Assembly: GCA_951406725.2 (NCBI GenBank)
Contig: OX597833.1
Span: 28,210,001-28,274,000, forward strand
Reading direction: 5' to 3'
DNA length: 64,000 nucleotides
DNA from: Octopus vulgaris
Taxonomy: Eukaryota
The position numbers and the translations under genes were made by a program. Numbering within the stretch: the first letter of the stretch is position 1; each line of letters begins with the position of its first letter. This document shows positions 12,866 through 26,276 of this stretch, piece after piece. Under the pieces are notes generated by a model that saw nothing but the letters and a program-made list of their open reading frames with translations, had not been told where the DNA came from and did no database searches.

Positions 12866-14798
12866 CATGTCTTTTACTTTGTTTGCCAGTGTTTCTTACA
12901 ACAGAAAATGTGACATCAATTATTAGGAATAATTGAATTTACTAATGTAAACCAGTTTTTATAGACACCATAGCAAGCTATATTTGTCAATATAATTATT
13001 CCACTCAAATTGGGAATCTAAACTCAACCCCACACAATTTGCATAATAAACAATTGAAATTTTTTTACTACATATACAATTCTTATAAACATACCTATCC
13101 AATCTTCCTCAATACCACCACACAACCAATACAAACTAAGTAGATTATTTGATGTGTAGAAATGGCTCCGAGATTAACAGGTAGATTTACAGAGTATTTC
13201 AGTGATGCCCGACTGAACACCTCATGACAAGTTGCCTCTCATTTGAGCTGTGGACCCTTCCTTTGCCCATCTCCAATGCAAATCATAAATAATCTCCCAG
13301 TTCAGAAACTATCAGCTAAATGAATTAAACCTGACTCGATTTTCAGTAATTATCTACATTCATAAAATACATATTCATACTTAACTAAAAACATTTCATA
13401 ATTACCAACATAATTCCCTTAACATTCACTCTCCCAAAGAGAGAAACTTTTCCTCTGAGACGACATCTTTCTCTGAACAGGACAGTTAATTTTTTTCTTC
13501 ATCCAATGTGAAGCTGATGCATTATCATGTTATCTCCATTAATCTGATATATATCATCATGTGTGTATTTATTATAGTTACAAGGGAACTTTGTACATTA
13601 TGAAGGTGTGGATGCTATATTGGTTGCATTAAATTCTCCCACTTCAGCATTGAAGCTTTTGAATATTCAGGTAGGTTTGTCAAATTATGAATGGTTATTT
13701 TACTCTGTATACTGTATATTGTTAAATATAGATATGTACCAAGTATTATTCAGCGAGCTCACTTCAGGGAAAAGACCACAGGGATAATGTATTTTCTTGG
13801 GTGCTCAACTTTTGTCATTCATAACACTTAAAATATATTTAACACAGACATAGAAATATATTTGGGAGGAAGAAGCAGTGTAGACAATTTAACCAGATTC
13901 CAATATATAACCATCACTTAATTCGTTGACCCTTAAGACTGTAATGTCATAGTTGGCTTTGACATAATTTTAACTCAGAATACAGACAGTTGAAACTAAA
14001 CATTGCCAAGTATTCAGTTTAATGCTTTGCTGTTTCTAGTATCTGTGCCAGGAAAATAACATTTTCCTCTTCAAAGCAAACCTTGGATGTCAGAACCAAT
14101 AATCTTCTTCCAGTTTAACACTACTAACTACATGCCTGAGCACCTTTAAGGAACTCTACTTTGTCACAAGTATTCAGGCTAGGTCTCCAATCTTAGAACT
14201 TCCTTTCTTCCAACTAGTCTTGGAGGTTCTGTGAAAAAGTAATAGAAACTGTCTTTCTTACTCAAAGTCAACTAGAAAAGTACAGTATTCTTTCTCCTTG
14301 CAGAATGTGTCTTTCAATAAAGAACAAGAAGCTAAATTGAAAAAAATAAAGGAGAAGAAAGATATTGAGATTATTTTCCATCCTTGGGTTTCAGGAAAAG
14401 ACTTCAAATTTGGAAAATAGCATTTATAATAAAGTCTAAATTCCACTATAATTTTGTTCCTGTCCTTGACACTCAGTACATAAACAATATTCATTATGGT
14501 AAATGAATTCTCCACTTGTTTCAATAGCAATGATTCCCATTGATTGATTGATTAATTGAAGTGCCTGTAAGGCAGAATCAGAATGACAGTGTCTGATAAA
14601 GATAGGTCTTTGAATTACAGGTTCAGTCCATCTGATAACTTCACATTTTATGCCTTCTCAATTTTACCCATAAGGTTTAAGATGACCCATCACTATAATA
14701 AAAGCTGTCCAAGATGCTACACAGTGGGATTCAAATCTAGGATGTTCTGACTGCGAAGCAAACTTCTGAATCACTTGACCATGCCTACTACCATGATA

Positions 14799-15326
14799 TC
14801 TATATATATAAAACTGTAGTTGTGTGAGTGTCTGTCCCCTTCGATTTAGATTCCTAACTACTCCCACATTTTGCGGTGCAGTTTAACCAAATTCGGGTAT
14901 CTTATAGTCGTGATTCATATCGAGCCCATCTGAGTATTAGTGCGCGTCTACGATGAGTCTACGATTTAAAAAATAATTTAACATTTTTTATTCCATTTTA
15001 ATGCATAATTTTTCGTGTGTCAATGGCGGCGGAGTTGGCGTCCATGGTCACACCTGCACCTGTTTGCTTCTCCCCCTTCTTCCCTCCTTCGTAAAGCTGT
15101 GGGGAAGGGAGTGTAAGGAAATCAACGTCGTAAAGCGTTGTCAAGGAGACCAGCGTTCTTTTAGAACAACGACTTCATGGCTTGAAGACACTGAGTCAAC
15201 GATTTAAAAAAGAATTACCATAATTTTTTATTCCATTTTTAATGCATTTTTTTGCTATAACTCTCTAAAAATGTTTATATAGTTATTTCCCTTACAAACC
15301 CGAGCAACGCCGGGCGATACTGCTAG
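14799..15326 (+). mobile_element. non-autonomous Helitron
   Basis: 5' TC(TATATATATAAAA), 3' hairpin cccgagcaacgccggg then CTAG, inserted between A and T with no TSD; internal repeat of acgatttaaaaa...ttccattttaatgcat. Confidence 0.85.
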
Positions 15327-18300
15327 TTACTTATATAACACACCATACACATATTGTGTTAACTCTATGCAATGCACTTCCAGCTTGTTCTCTGAACTAC
15401 CAACTAGTTGCATACTCTCTTTAACCAGGTCCACCCATGTTACCTCCAAATCCCAGACTCAATACTTAACCCAATCCTTTCTTCCCAGGACAGCTACCTA
15501 CTGGAATACACCAGGGCAGAATTGTGGTTTAAGAATCACATGTAATCCCCCAAAACTTTTAGAGCTTTGGGAATTTTCAGAAAATTTTTGTAAATTTGTG
15601 TTCTACACACAGGAATTCATACAATTATGAACAAAATTTTCTGTTTTAAATTTTTTAACCCTGCTCCACCCCAAAAAATTCCTAAAAGTTTTACCTTTTT
15701 GAATTTTTTTGCCTAAATCCCAGTAACAGACCACCATTGGGTGCATCATCATTCCAATAAATGTATTTAATATTGAAGAACATCAATATGTCAGAGTGAC
15801 AAAAAAGTGAGGAAGGTAATCAGGTGGTCATGAGATGTACTAAAAATAACAGCCAAATTGCCCTTAAATGAAGCAAAAAATAATTTTTTTTTTACATAAT
15901 CATATGAATTCCCATATGTAGAACACAATTTCACAAACATTTTCAGAAAATTCCAAAAAATAAAGTTATGAGGTGTTATATGGGGTGCTTAAATCAGAAT
16001 TCCACCTACATGTCCATGTTTTTCCTACAGACCTGACTAACCTACAATAACCTAAAGGTTGATCAACTTACTAGAAGTAGCAGCCAAATTTCCTACCTAT
16101 CACACCAATTACTTGATCTTTCAGTAATAACATAGGATTTTCATCATTTTCTCATTATTTCTAATAATTATCAATTTTAACCTTTTAGGTCTGATCTCAT
16201 ATGCTCTTTACAACTACAAGACACTTAGCCATATCATCTTAAAATGGCAATGTTATGGACTATGTAATTTCTGATATATAAAATTAGAGGACATTCATGG
16301 TTAGAATACCTTTGATCAGACCTGAACCTGGAGCAAAACAGCTACAACCACCTTATATAAGAGGGAAAAAAAAAAGGGGGGGGGGGAACATGGAGTTTTC
16401 TCATGCTCAAGAACCTTCTCAGAGATGTAGATTCAAAGGATGTTTATGACTGTTTAATTTAAACTGAGTGCCCATAGCATAGTTGCTAACTGCATAGACT
16501 ATGGCATCAACAAGGTCTAGGTTCAATTCCTACTTAGCATGAAGACTGAATTTTTTTTTCATATATCCAGCAAATTTCTGCCCACACTTCAGAAAAATGT
16601 AAATTTTCTTTGAACAAATCCCAAAATCCAAGTATAAGGTTGAACAATTTTTACAATTCTAAAAAAATTTGAATTATTATCATTATTACTAGCTGTTACA
16701 CAACTAAAATCTGAATTTTTGGATTCATCAGTGCCAAACATTTGTGGCCTTAACAGTTGATACTTCCACTACCATATGCAACTTTACTCACAATTCCAGC
16801 TGAACAAGTCCTGTTTAGCTATAATCAACTAAAAATTTCTTCATTCATTTATTATTTTTACCCATTAGGTAATGTCCATATCATTGAGAATAATGTTTTG
16901 TTTTCTTTTGTAACCTTTTTAAATGGGGAAAATAAATGATTTAGATTTTAAAACGCTATATTTTATTGCCAAATATATCACTGCACCCATTGAATATGGA
17001 AATGAAAAGACCAACTAAGTCAAACTTTCATAGTAAATATGCGTATATCATCCATCGTCATCATCGTTTAATGTCTGTTTTCCATGCTGACCAGCCAGAG
17101 AGCTGTTCAGGCTCCAATTATCTGTTTTGGCATGGTTTATATGGCTGGATGTCCTGTCTAATACCAACCACTTCAGAGTGGTGTTGGGTGCTTTTTATGT
17201 GCCAATAGCATGGGTGCATTTGTATGGTACCAGCACAGAGTGAAAAGACAAGTTTGTTTCTTGGGGCGTATTTTTTTGGAGTGCCAGGATATAAAGGGAA
17301 AAGACTTCAGTTGGTCCTAGGCCACATTATCTGATATTTCCTAAGACTAGTGTGCGAATTGAAGATTTGGTTGCTATTTCCATCAGGTCAAGTAACCATG
17401 TAAAGATTTCTTTATTGGAATATGGGAGTCATGAACAGTAATGAAACCAATCTTTGCAGCTGTAAACAAATGATATTAAGATGAATTCCAAAGTGCTACC
17501 TTGCTTCAATTCTAATCAAAAGCAAACTTAAGCCTGCTGACATGACCCCTAACATTACCAGATTTTTTAAAAGGACTCACTTGATGCATGATAAAATGCA
17601 CACATCTAGTAAAAAGAGGTTTAAGAATTTGAAAACACTGTTATCTCAGTTTGCACCATTACCAATTATTTCTTTTTAATCCACTGATGTATGAAGTTAA
17701 CAAAAATGCTGAGCAAACAAAACTATAATTTAAATAATCACCTAACTGTTTGTATTACATACAAACAAACATTCTGGTTCTGTATATTTCCAACACAAAG
17801 CTGTACAAGCACTGTTTTTGTATGCAAAATAAAATACACACACACATTTATTTGAAGCTGAAACTTCCAATCTTCACAAAGTTGTAAATGCACATATATT
17901 TCTTGTTTCATATGATCCTGGATATGAAACTGCTGAAACAGATGATAGATTTTGGGAGAGCCATTCTGCCGATGGATCTCTCTCTCTCTCACACACACAT
18001 GCACATAAGTTGTATTATTAGTTGATTTGTCAAAGTATTTTACCACACAACTTGATTTTTCAATGAGTTCTCTGTCATGGTCTTTTTGAGTGTCTGGTAT
18101 TTATAATTTGTTGGTGGTGAGTGCAAGAGGGAAGAACGTGCATGTGAGTGTTTGTTGTATTCATGTATATGTCTGTAATTATTGGGGTAGTATTGTAGCA
18201 TCTTCATGGTAATGAGCATCCATGTGTATATGAGTGAGTTTACACAAACACACACTATAGTTCATCATTCACCACACAGACTCACTCCAATTGTAACAAC

Positions 18301-18994
18301 ACATACATACATACAGGAACAAGAATTACACATATGCATATATAAACCAAACACCTGTAAAAACACAGGCATGGAGAACTCATTTAAAAAGCTGGTAACA
18401 AAGTAGTAAACTACAAATAATGTGTGTGTTTATTGACAGTATGACAACATATACTAAAATACTATTACACACATATTTGTTACATTTCACATGTTCAATA
18501 ACTTCTTTGCACAGCTAAACACCAAACACAAAGGAGACTACCTACTAAATAACACCACAAAATTCCATAAATCATACCCTACAATCTTAAAAAAAAAGTA
18601 TATGTTGAATAATGTAGTCCTAAACAGACAGTGTCTGAAACAGAAAGATAGATTGGTCATTGATGGAATGCCACTGATCATAGGTTTGCTCAACCACATG
18701 TTATTCAATAACAACACATATGCATATTTATATTTTATAAATAAAAACCAAAACATCTTAAAAATTAAATATTTCTTATTTTTAGAACATTAGATTAAAT
18801 GTTAAAGTTTACTAGTTGTTTGGGAAATGTGTAGGTTTGTGCCTATGTGTGTCTGAGTGTATGTATATGTATGTATGTATATATATATATATATGTATGT
18901 ATGTATGTGTGAATGTGTGCATACATGTTAGTATGTATGTGTGTGCATGTGTAAACATCAGTACATCAGTCTGGTGAACTATCGCATAAACCTC

Positions 18995-19135
18995 TTAGAT
19001 GCCATACATCTTCTTTGTGTTCTGCCAGCAATGTTTTAGTACCACATCAATAAGGACATCCTTTAGTTGGGCCACTTCAAATGCAACTGCAACAGCAAAA
19101 CCTGGATGAGAGAATTTCATGTATCCCCGTGGCAC
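18995..19135 (-). CDS. TATDN2: TatD-family nuclease (TATDN2-like), last coding exon
   Basis: Acceptor gacag; VPRGYMKFSHPGFAVAVAFEVAQLKDVLIDVVLKHCWQNTKKMYGI*; phase 0 matches the previous exon. Confidence 0.88.
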   Translation of the reverse strand: MPRGYMKFSHPGFAVAVAFEVAQLKDVLIDVVLKHCWQNTKKMYGI

Positions 19136-19646
19136 CTGTCAAAAAAAATCAACAACAACAACTGCTGTTAAGTGGGAAGGCTCAATAGCATTAATAACAA
19201 TGACATGATGGGAACATTAATGTAATCCTTTAATCTGCTCAGTATAGCAACTGGATGTTCCCTCAATAAATCCTCTACTGCTTGTAATAGGCCACATGAG
19301 TCAGTAAAGAAGCTTTTAAATTGATCTGTCCAATTTAGTACTCAAACCCCTATAAAATAGGGATCATTTGAATCTGTATGGAAGGTTCTATATAATCATG
19401 ACCTGATACAGTAACTAAATGTTCTTCTCAATAAATACTAGTTTCTGAAATAGAGACCACATGATCCAGAGGATATATATATATATATACACACACATAC
19501 ACACACTCACAAAATATGGGGGTTTAGTTCACAGGTGATCTAAATGACTAGGTATGCTAGGTAAGTGCAGTAATGGATTACTAGGGCTCCAAGGTTATAG
19601 CCAAGACAATAGTTATGGAGCCATTGTAGATTTCCAATATAGCGGA

Positions 19647-20317
19647 TATATAATTGTTAAAGAGAACAAACGTTAAGGCAAGGCAAACATCTCAAGTCAT
19701 ATGCATTATTATTATTATTATTGGAAAAAAATTTGAAGTCTTACAGCTGTTTCTGGAATATCCCATAGTAGGGGATATTCTGTCAGAGACAAATAGGGAA
19801 AATGAAAAGGGTATAGATTAATGAAATGATGACAGAAGACAGGAGAGAAGGAATAAGGAAATGAAGAAAGGGAAGAAAAAAGGCATAAAAGTTCACAGTT
19901 CAACTTTCCAGTCGTGCAGAAGTCCGTCCCTAAGTCCTTAGGTGCAATCCTGTGTAAATCCATGTAGGTTAAAATCCTGATAGTGTAAATATCTAGAAAT
20001 AGATGCGAACCTATGCTAACAGAATGGTAGCAGAGGTGGCTTTTAAGTGGTAAAAAGAAAGAAAAATAAATAAATAGAAAGAGAGGTAGAGAGAGTGAGA
20101 GAGGAAATTAAAGATTGACATTAAGGATAAAATAAGGTATATAAAAATATAGTGTCTAAGAATATAGTGTACACTATATTTATATTTATCTTATTTTATC
20201 CTTAACGCCAATCCTTAATTTCCTCTCTCACTACCTCTCTTTCTATTTATCCAACAATAATAATATAACTTGAGATGTTTTCCTTGCTTTAACGTTGTCC
20301 TCTTTAACAATTATATA
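19647..20317. repeat. intronic fold-back element with degenerate hammerhead and nested palindrome
   Basis: Inverted arms ~19647-19728 / 20248-20317; palindrome ~20072-20248 centred on aatatagtgtacactatatt; HHR-like motif on minus at 19738-19790. Confidence 0.7.
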
Positions 20318-20615
20318 TATATATATATATATACACACATCCGTTTTTCCATGTTGGCATGGTTGGACAGTTAGACAGGAGGAACTGGCTAGACTACAAT
20401 TGTCTTGTGGTATGGTTTCTAAGGCTGTGTCCTCCATAACAACAACCACTTTACGGAGTATGCTGGGTGCTTTTCACATGCCACAGGTGCATTTTACTTG
20501 GCACCAACATCTGTATGTATGACCACGATTTTACATAGCTTGACATATCTTCTCAGATACAGCAAATTGCTATCTTTATCCTCTGGATCATGTGAGCAGG
20601 TCAAGTATGTGTGTA

Positions 20616-20661
<46 letters not shown>

Positions 20662-21493
20662 ACCTGTTCACTATAACAACTATGTGCACCTTCCCCTATA
20701 TACATTCATTAAAATAAAGACCACTTGATCCAGTATGAAGAGCTTCTATGTAAGTTACTTGTGCTGCTCAATGGAATGGTGAAAATATTATGAACGAACA
20801 GCTAAGTTTTAAATGAAATTTGAAACAAAAATGCTTTCTGGAGTAATCCATTGCATTATCACCCTTTAAGTGGTAGGAATATCGTCCAAGTCCCACCATC
20901 GGATGGTCTATTACTCTTCTCTTAAAATGGTGATTACAATGTCTATTATTTGCCGGAAGTTCTTGCTTTTAATATTTTCATCAATCATTAGGAACAACAA
21001 TTTGAGATAGAAAAGAGGAACAGAACCATTGATGAGACATTGTTTGTTACACCTACCATTCCAGCTCCACAACATAGATATTATAAAAGTTAAGAATGTC
21101 TAATATTATTGGTTTTAGTTTTGATATTGCATTTTGTGAACAATAGTGTTGTTGGTTACAGATTTCCAACAAATAAGGAATCACATTTCTAATGGCAAGA
21201 ATGATGTAAATCGTCTATGCAACATGAGAAGAACAAATACCAGGTGACTGTTTTGTTCAGAAGCACTGGTTTACTGAGTTACTCCGTGAACTTGTGCTTT
21301 CATCAAAGTATATTTGCAAGAGATATGCACATACATAGATTATATTTATACATCCTGTTTATATTGATATCTTAGCATTAATCTAATATTTGAAGTCTTC
21401 CATAACGTAAGTATATATACAGTACAATACATCCACAGCAAAGATAAGATGGAATGATCAGGATCAAGAATTCAACATCAGTTGAATTATTTC

Positions 21494-21711
21494 TTAACCG
21501 TTTAGCACTTAAACGAGCCATAATATTCTATTTGTTTTATGTTCAATCAGGTCAAATACAGTTTCTTACACCTATGCTATATTGTCATACTGAAAGTAAT
21601 CAAACCCATAATCGAAATCTCAAAGCTACAAGATAATGCACGATTAATTCAAAACAATGTAAATAAATAAGCATTACATGTGGCAAACTAATCTGAATGC
21701 TAAAGGGTTAA
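21494..21711. mobile_element. TTAA-flanked MITE (piggyBac-like ends); related copies ~26285-26480, 29860-30010, 39660-39825
   Basis: TTAA-ccgtttagca ... tgctaaaggg-TTAA; shared core gctacaagataatgca..taattcaaaacaatgt. Confidence 0.6.
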
Positions 21712-21894
21712 AACTACAAAATTTCAAACCAATTTCTCTCAACTGATGTCTTACAAAGAGTAGAGCTGTGAATCCAAGGTAACGTAATCCTGGATCCATA
21801 GTACCTTGAACAAAATTGGAATGGTTACAGATTAAATACCTTTGACCATCTGTTATGTAGGCTCAAACGTGGTTGATTTGGTGGGTCAAACAAT

Positions 21895-21931
<37 letters not shown>

Positions 21932-22004
21932 CATTTGGAATAACATGGAATAGCTCTCATGTTGACACAGACAAAATAACTATTTAAAAAAAATAATAAC
22001 TTAC

Positions 22005-22217
22005 AAGTCTAGGTACAAAATATGGTGAGTCTGTCTCCAGGAGAAGTCGGTCAAGAGGAATGTGATAGGCTGTGTTGTGTACTTCAAGGGCCGATGGGTA
22101 GGTCACCAAAGGAGTGAGGCCAATGAAGAGGTTCGGGAAGTAGGACAGCCACTCCTTAGCATACTTGAATGATTTGGTGAAACAGTGGCAATGAATACGG
22201 TAATCCACTGGAACATA
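22005..22217 (-). CDS. TATDN2: TATDN2-like exon
   Basis: ttccag|YVPVDYRIHCHCF...IPLDRLLLETDSPYFVPRL|gtaag; TatD HCF and ETDSPY motifs. Confidence 0.93.
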
Positions 22218-22710
22218 CTGGAAATAAGAGTTGTTTATATTTGTAGTTGTAAGTGAAACAACAGAGAAGACAATGATATTATCAACGGAAACAAGAATGA
22301 AAGAGGAAAAACAATGCTAATTAAAACGATAATGGCAACGACAATAGTGATAGCACTAATGATAATGATGAATACGAGAATGAGTGAAGGTAATGGTGGC
22401 TATTATGATAATAACAATGGTTATGTAAATAATAATGGTTTACATTGTTTCTAATTTAAGTACAAGGCCTGGAATTCTTGGTTGGGGTGTAAATAATCGA
22501 TTAAATCATTCCCAATATTTGACTGGTTCTATATTTTAACATCCCTACAGATATTAAAGGCAAAGTTGGCTGTGGTGATGTTTGAACCCAGAACATAAAG
22601 AGCTGATCAAAATACTGCAAGACATTATTTTCTGATGCTTCAACAACTCTGGCAATCCACTACACATCTGTCAAAATTAGTTTACATAATACTACTGATG
22701 ACGATTTAAC

Positions 22711-24730
22711 AATGTGGTTGACAGGGCTATTAGACAAAAGAAACAGGCTTGGAAGGACTGGAAGAACGGAGGTAGCAGGGAACTGTATCAGACTGCCAGA
22801 AGGGAAGCTAGGAGACAGGTTTATTTAGCCAGAGGGGAAGCAGATAAGTAAAAAAATTTGCCAATGTTCTGTGCCGTGAGGACCAAAGACTTGAGGTATT
22901 TCGTGTTGCAAGACAGTGTGTAAGAGAGAATCGTGATGTGGTAGGAGAGAAATGTGTTCGCATGGATGATGGTTCACTTGCGCTAAATGAGGATGCAAAG
23001 AGAGAGGTTTGGAGATGCCACTATGAAAGGTTGTTGAATAAGGAAAATGAATGGGATAAAGAGAGTCTGCCGAATGTCGACCCAACAGAGGGACCAGCTA
23101 TCTGAGTTGACAGTTCCTTGGTAGTTAAGGCAATTACAAGCATGAAAACAGGGAAAGCCCCAGGCCCATCAGGAATTACTGCAGAGATGCTCAAAATATC
23201 TGGCAGTGTCGGCTGTAGCCTAGTCACCCATATAGTTAACCAGGTGATACACGGAGGAGTCATACCCAATGACTGGTGTAGCAGCATAATAGTCAACTGC
23301 TACAAAGGTAAAGGTGACGCCCTAGATACAAATAATTACAGAGGTATCAAGCTGATGGATCAGGTAATGAAGATTACGGAGAGGGTCATAGCCCAACTGA
23401 TTAGGGAGAGAGACAGCTTGGATGAGATGCAGTTTGGTTTTGTGCCAGGGAAAAGCACCACTGATGCCATATTTCTGGTGAGACAGCTGCAGGAGAAATA
23501 CCTAGCCAAAGATAAGCCCCTGTACCTGGCTTTCGTTGACATGGAGAAGCCTTCGACAGGGTCCCCCGATCCCTTATCTGGTGGTCAATGAGGAAACTAG
23601 GGATAGATGAATGGCTGGTGAAAGCTGTGCAAGCCATGTACAGGAATGCTGTAAGTAAGGTTAGGGTTGGCAACGTGTACACTGAAGAATTCAAGGTAGA
23701 GGTTGGGGTCCACCAGGGTTCAGTCCTCAGCCCCCTCCTATTTATCATAGTCCTCCAGGCAATTACAGAGGAATTCAAGACAGGATGCCCCTGGGAGCTC
23801 CTCTATGCTGATGACCTTGCTCTAATTGCTGAGTCACTATCAAAACTGGAGAAGTTTCAGGTGTGGAAGGAGGGATTAGAATCGAGGGGCCTTAGAGTCA
23901 ACCTAGCTAAAACCAAAGTCCTAATAAGTAGGAAGGTAGACAAACCACAAATACCTTCAGGTAGATGGCCCTGCTCGATCTGTAGAAAAGGGTAGGTGGA
24001 AACTCTATAAGATGTACCCAGTGTAAGCTATGGACACATAAGAGGTGCAGCAATGTCAAAGGAAGGCTAACTGGGAAGATAGTTTTTGTATGTGGCAGAT
24101 GCTCAGGACCAATAAACACTGAAAATCTGCAGAAAACTTCTGTCACTTTCCAGGGGGAAAAACTAGAAGTAGTTGATAGCTTCCGTTATCTAGGTGACCA
24201 AGTCAGTAGTGGGGGTGGGTGTACTGAAAATGTAACTGCTAGAGTAAGAATAGCCTGGGCAAAGTTCAGGGAGCTCTTACCTCTGCTGGTGACTAAAGGC
24301 CTCTCGCTCAGAGTAAAAGGCAAACTGTATGATGCATGTGTACGAACAGCCATGCTACATGGCAGTGAAACATGGGCCATGACTGCCGAGGACATGCGTA
24401 AGCTCGCGAGAAATGAAGCCAGTATGCTCCGATGGATGTGTAATGTCAGTGTGCATACTCGACAGTGTTAGTACCTTGAGAGAAATGTTGGACCTAAGAA
24501 GCATCAGCTGTGGTGTGCAAGAGAGACGATTGCGCTGGTATGGTCATGTGCAGAGAATGGATGAAGATAGGTGTGTGAAAAAGTGCCAATCCCTAGTTGA
24601 GGGAACCTGTGGAAGAGGTAGACCCAGGAAACCCTGGGACGAGGTGGTGAAGCACGACCTTCGAACTATTGGCCTCACCGAGACCTTTGGAAATATGCTG
24701 TGCGTGAGAAGACCCGGCAGGACAAGTGAG
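22711..24730 (+). mobile_element. RTE-clade LINE, 5'-truncated and frameshifted, antisense within a TATDN2 intron
   Basis: GKAPGPSGITAEML, NYRGIKL, QFGFVPGKSTTDAIF, AFVDMEK, GVHQGSVLSPLLF, LLYADDL, MLHGSETW, RRLRWYGHV split across frames. Confidence 0.93.
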
Positions 24731-24829
24731 TCCAGCCCACTTATACATGTCTTTCCTCCCTTGGACACACAAAGCCCTGTTGAGGCAATCCGACGACAGG
24801 CACCCATGCCAACCTCCCTTCATTGGACA

Positions 24830-25430
24830 CTAAACTCTGCTTGCGAAAACCTGTTGGGGCAAGTGAAATCGGAATCGAAATTGAACCAATCCTATGACTG
24901 GCACCCGGCAGTTGCCAGGACTGCTGGACTGACTCCTGTGCAGGTGGCAAGTGAAGAAACACCATTTCGGCCCTGTGCTTGAGGAGATCCATTGAGTCAA
25001 GTACACCAACATCAAAATCAATGGAAACTGCAGTTGTGATCCCTGTGCTGGTGGCACGTAAAAAGCACCATCTGAACGTGGCCAATGCCAGCGCCGCCTA
25101 GACAGGCTTCTGTGCCAGTGGCACGTAAAAAGCACCATCCGAATCGTGGCCAATGCAAGCGCCGGCTTGACTGGCTTCCGTGCCGGTGGCACGTAAAATG
25201 CACCAATCCGATCGTGGCCGTTGCCAGCCTCGCCTGGCACCTGTGCAGGTGGCACGTAAAAAGCACCCACTACACTCACGGAGTGGTTGGCGTTAGGAAG
25301 GGCATCCAGCTGTAGAAACACTGCCAGATCAGACTGGAGCCTGGTGCAGCCTTCTGGCTTCCCAGATCCCCGGTCGAACCGTCCAACCCATGTTAGTGTG
25401 GAGAATGGACGTTAAACGATGATGATGATG
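24830..25430 (+). mobile_element. SINE-like element with tandem gtggcacgtaaaaagcacc units and a (gat)n tail; related copies ~3270-3470, 7960-8260, 44340-44540, 56050-56330, 61900-62110, 62240-62530
   Basis: Repeated motif, shared 3' body ggagtggttggcgttaggaagggcatccagctgtagaaa and tail gttaaacgatgatgatg. Confidence 0.75.
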
Positions 25431-25627
25431 ACACACAAAGCTGCATATTATGGGGCCATGGGTGTAATCAATTAGAATGATCCTACTATTTAACTGGCAC
25501 CTTATTTTATCAATACCAAAAAGGGTGAAAAGGTAATGTCAATCTTGATGAGAGTTGAATTCAGAAACCAATAACACCAGTTTTTATTGTAACCATGAGT
25601 GACAGTACAATAAGAAAAGATACTGAC

Positions 25628-25757
25628 CTTCTTAAGGATCTGTAGACAATCATCCTGTGCCTCCCTACAATGAATCACCAGTGGTTTCTGTACAGTAAGA
25701 GCCAGCTTGATCTGATGAATGAACACTTTCTTTTGAAGAGATGCTGTCTCCCAGAAC
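25628..25757 (-). CDS. TATDN2: TATDN2-like exon
   Basis: ttccag|(R)FWETASLQKKVFIHQIKLALTVQKPLVIHCREAQDDCLQILKK|gtcagt; TatD IHCR motif. Confidence 0.93.
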
Positions 25758-25945
25758 CTGGAATAACAATATTGCAGAAATATAGATTAGTGAGATTATG
25801 AGAATGAACGAGCAAGAGGAAGGACAGAGCAGAAGATACAAGAGACAGAATGAGATTGGTAGAAATAAACAAGGCAAAGAAGAACAGAATCTTCCTCCTT
25901 CCAGTAAATTGGGGAATCAAAAGTGTAGTCTCAGGACTATCTTAC

Positions 25946-26114
25946 CTTCCAGAATAATCTAGACCAATTTCTCCAATAGCGACCACTTTGGGTTGTTCTA
26001 TGCATTCTCGGAGTCCCTTCTCAGCAGCACTATCAAAGTTCTCAACATTTTTGGGGTGACAGCCCATAGCAAACCACATCTCACTTTCATTATTCAGACT
26101 TTTCCACAGACTTC
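25946..26114 (-). CDS. TATDN2: TATDN2-like exon
   Basis: tacag|(G)SLWKSLNNESEMWFAMGCHPKNVENF...PKVVAIGEIGLDYSG|gtaag; TatD GxHP and GEIGLDY motifs; phases 1 and 2 fit the neighbouring exons. Confidence 0.93.
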
Positions 26115-26226
26115 CTGTATTTTAACAAATAATTTCTAATTTAGGTATGTACAAAGTCAAAAATTTCAAGGGAAAAAGAAAAACAAATTATATTGATCTT
26201 AGTACTTCATTTATTTCATTGATATA

Positions 26227-26276
26227 TTCCACCATTGAATTTTGCTTTTTATAAAAAGCAAAATTCAATGGTGGAA
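26227..26276. repeat. perfect 50-bp palindrome, no spacer
   Basis: ttccaccattgaattttgcttttta / taaaaagcaaaattcaatggtggaa. Confidence 0.9.

Noticed and set aside
23118-24982. Intact RT gene
   Set aside because: RT motifs are split over several frames with stops and the endonuclease is missing; it is a dead LINE copy
25040-25270. Regularly spaced gtggcacgtaaaaagcacc repeats resembling a CRISPR array
   Set aside because: Internal tandem units of a dispersed SINE-like family; the spacers resemble one another, the context is eukaryotic and there are no cas genes
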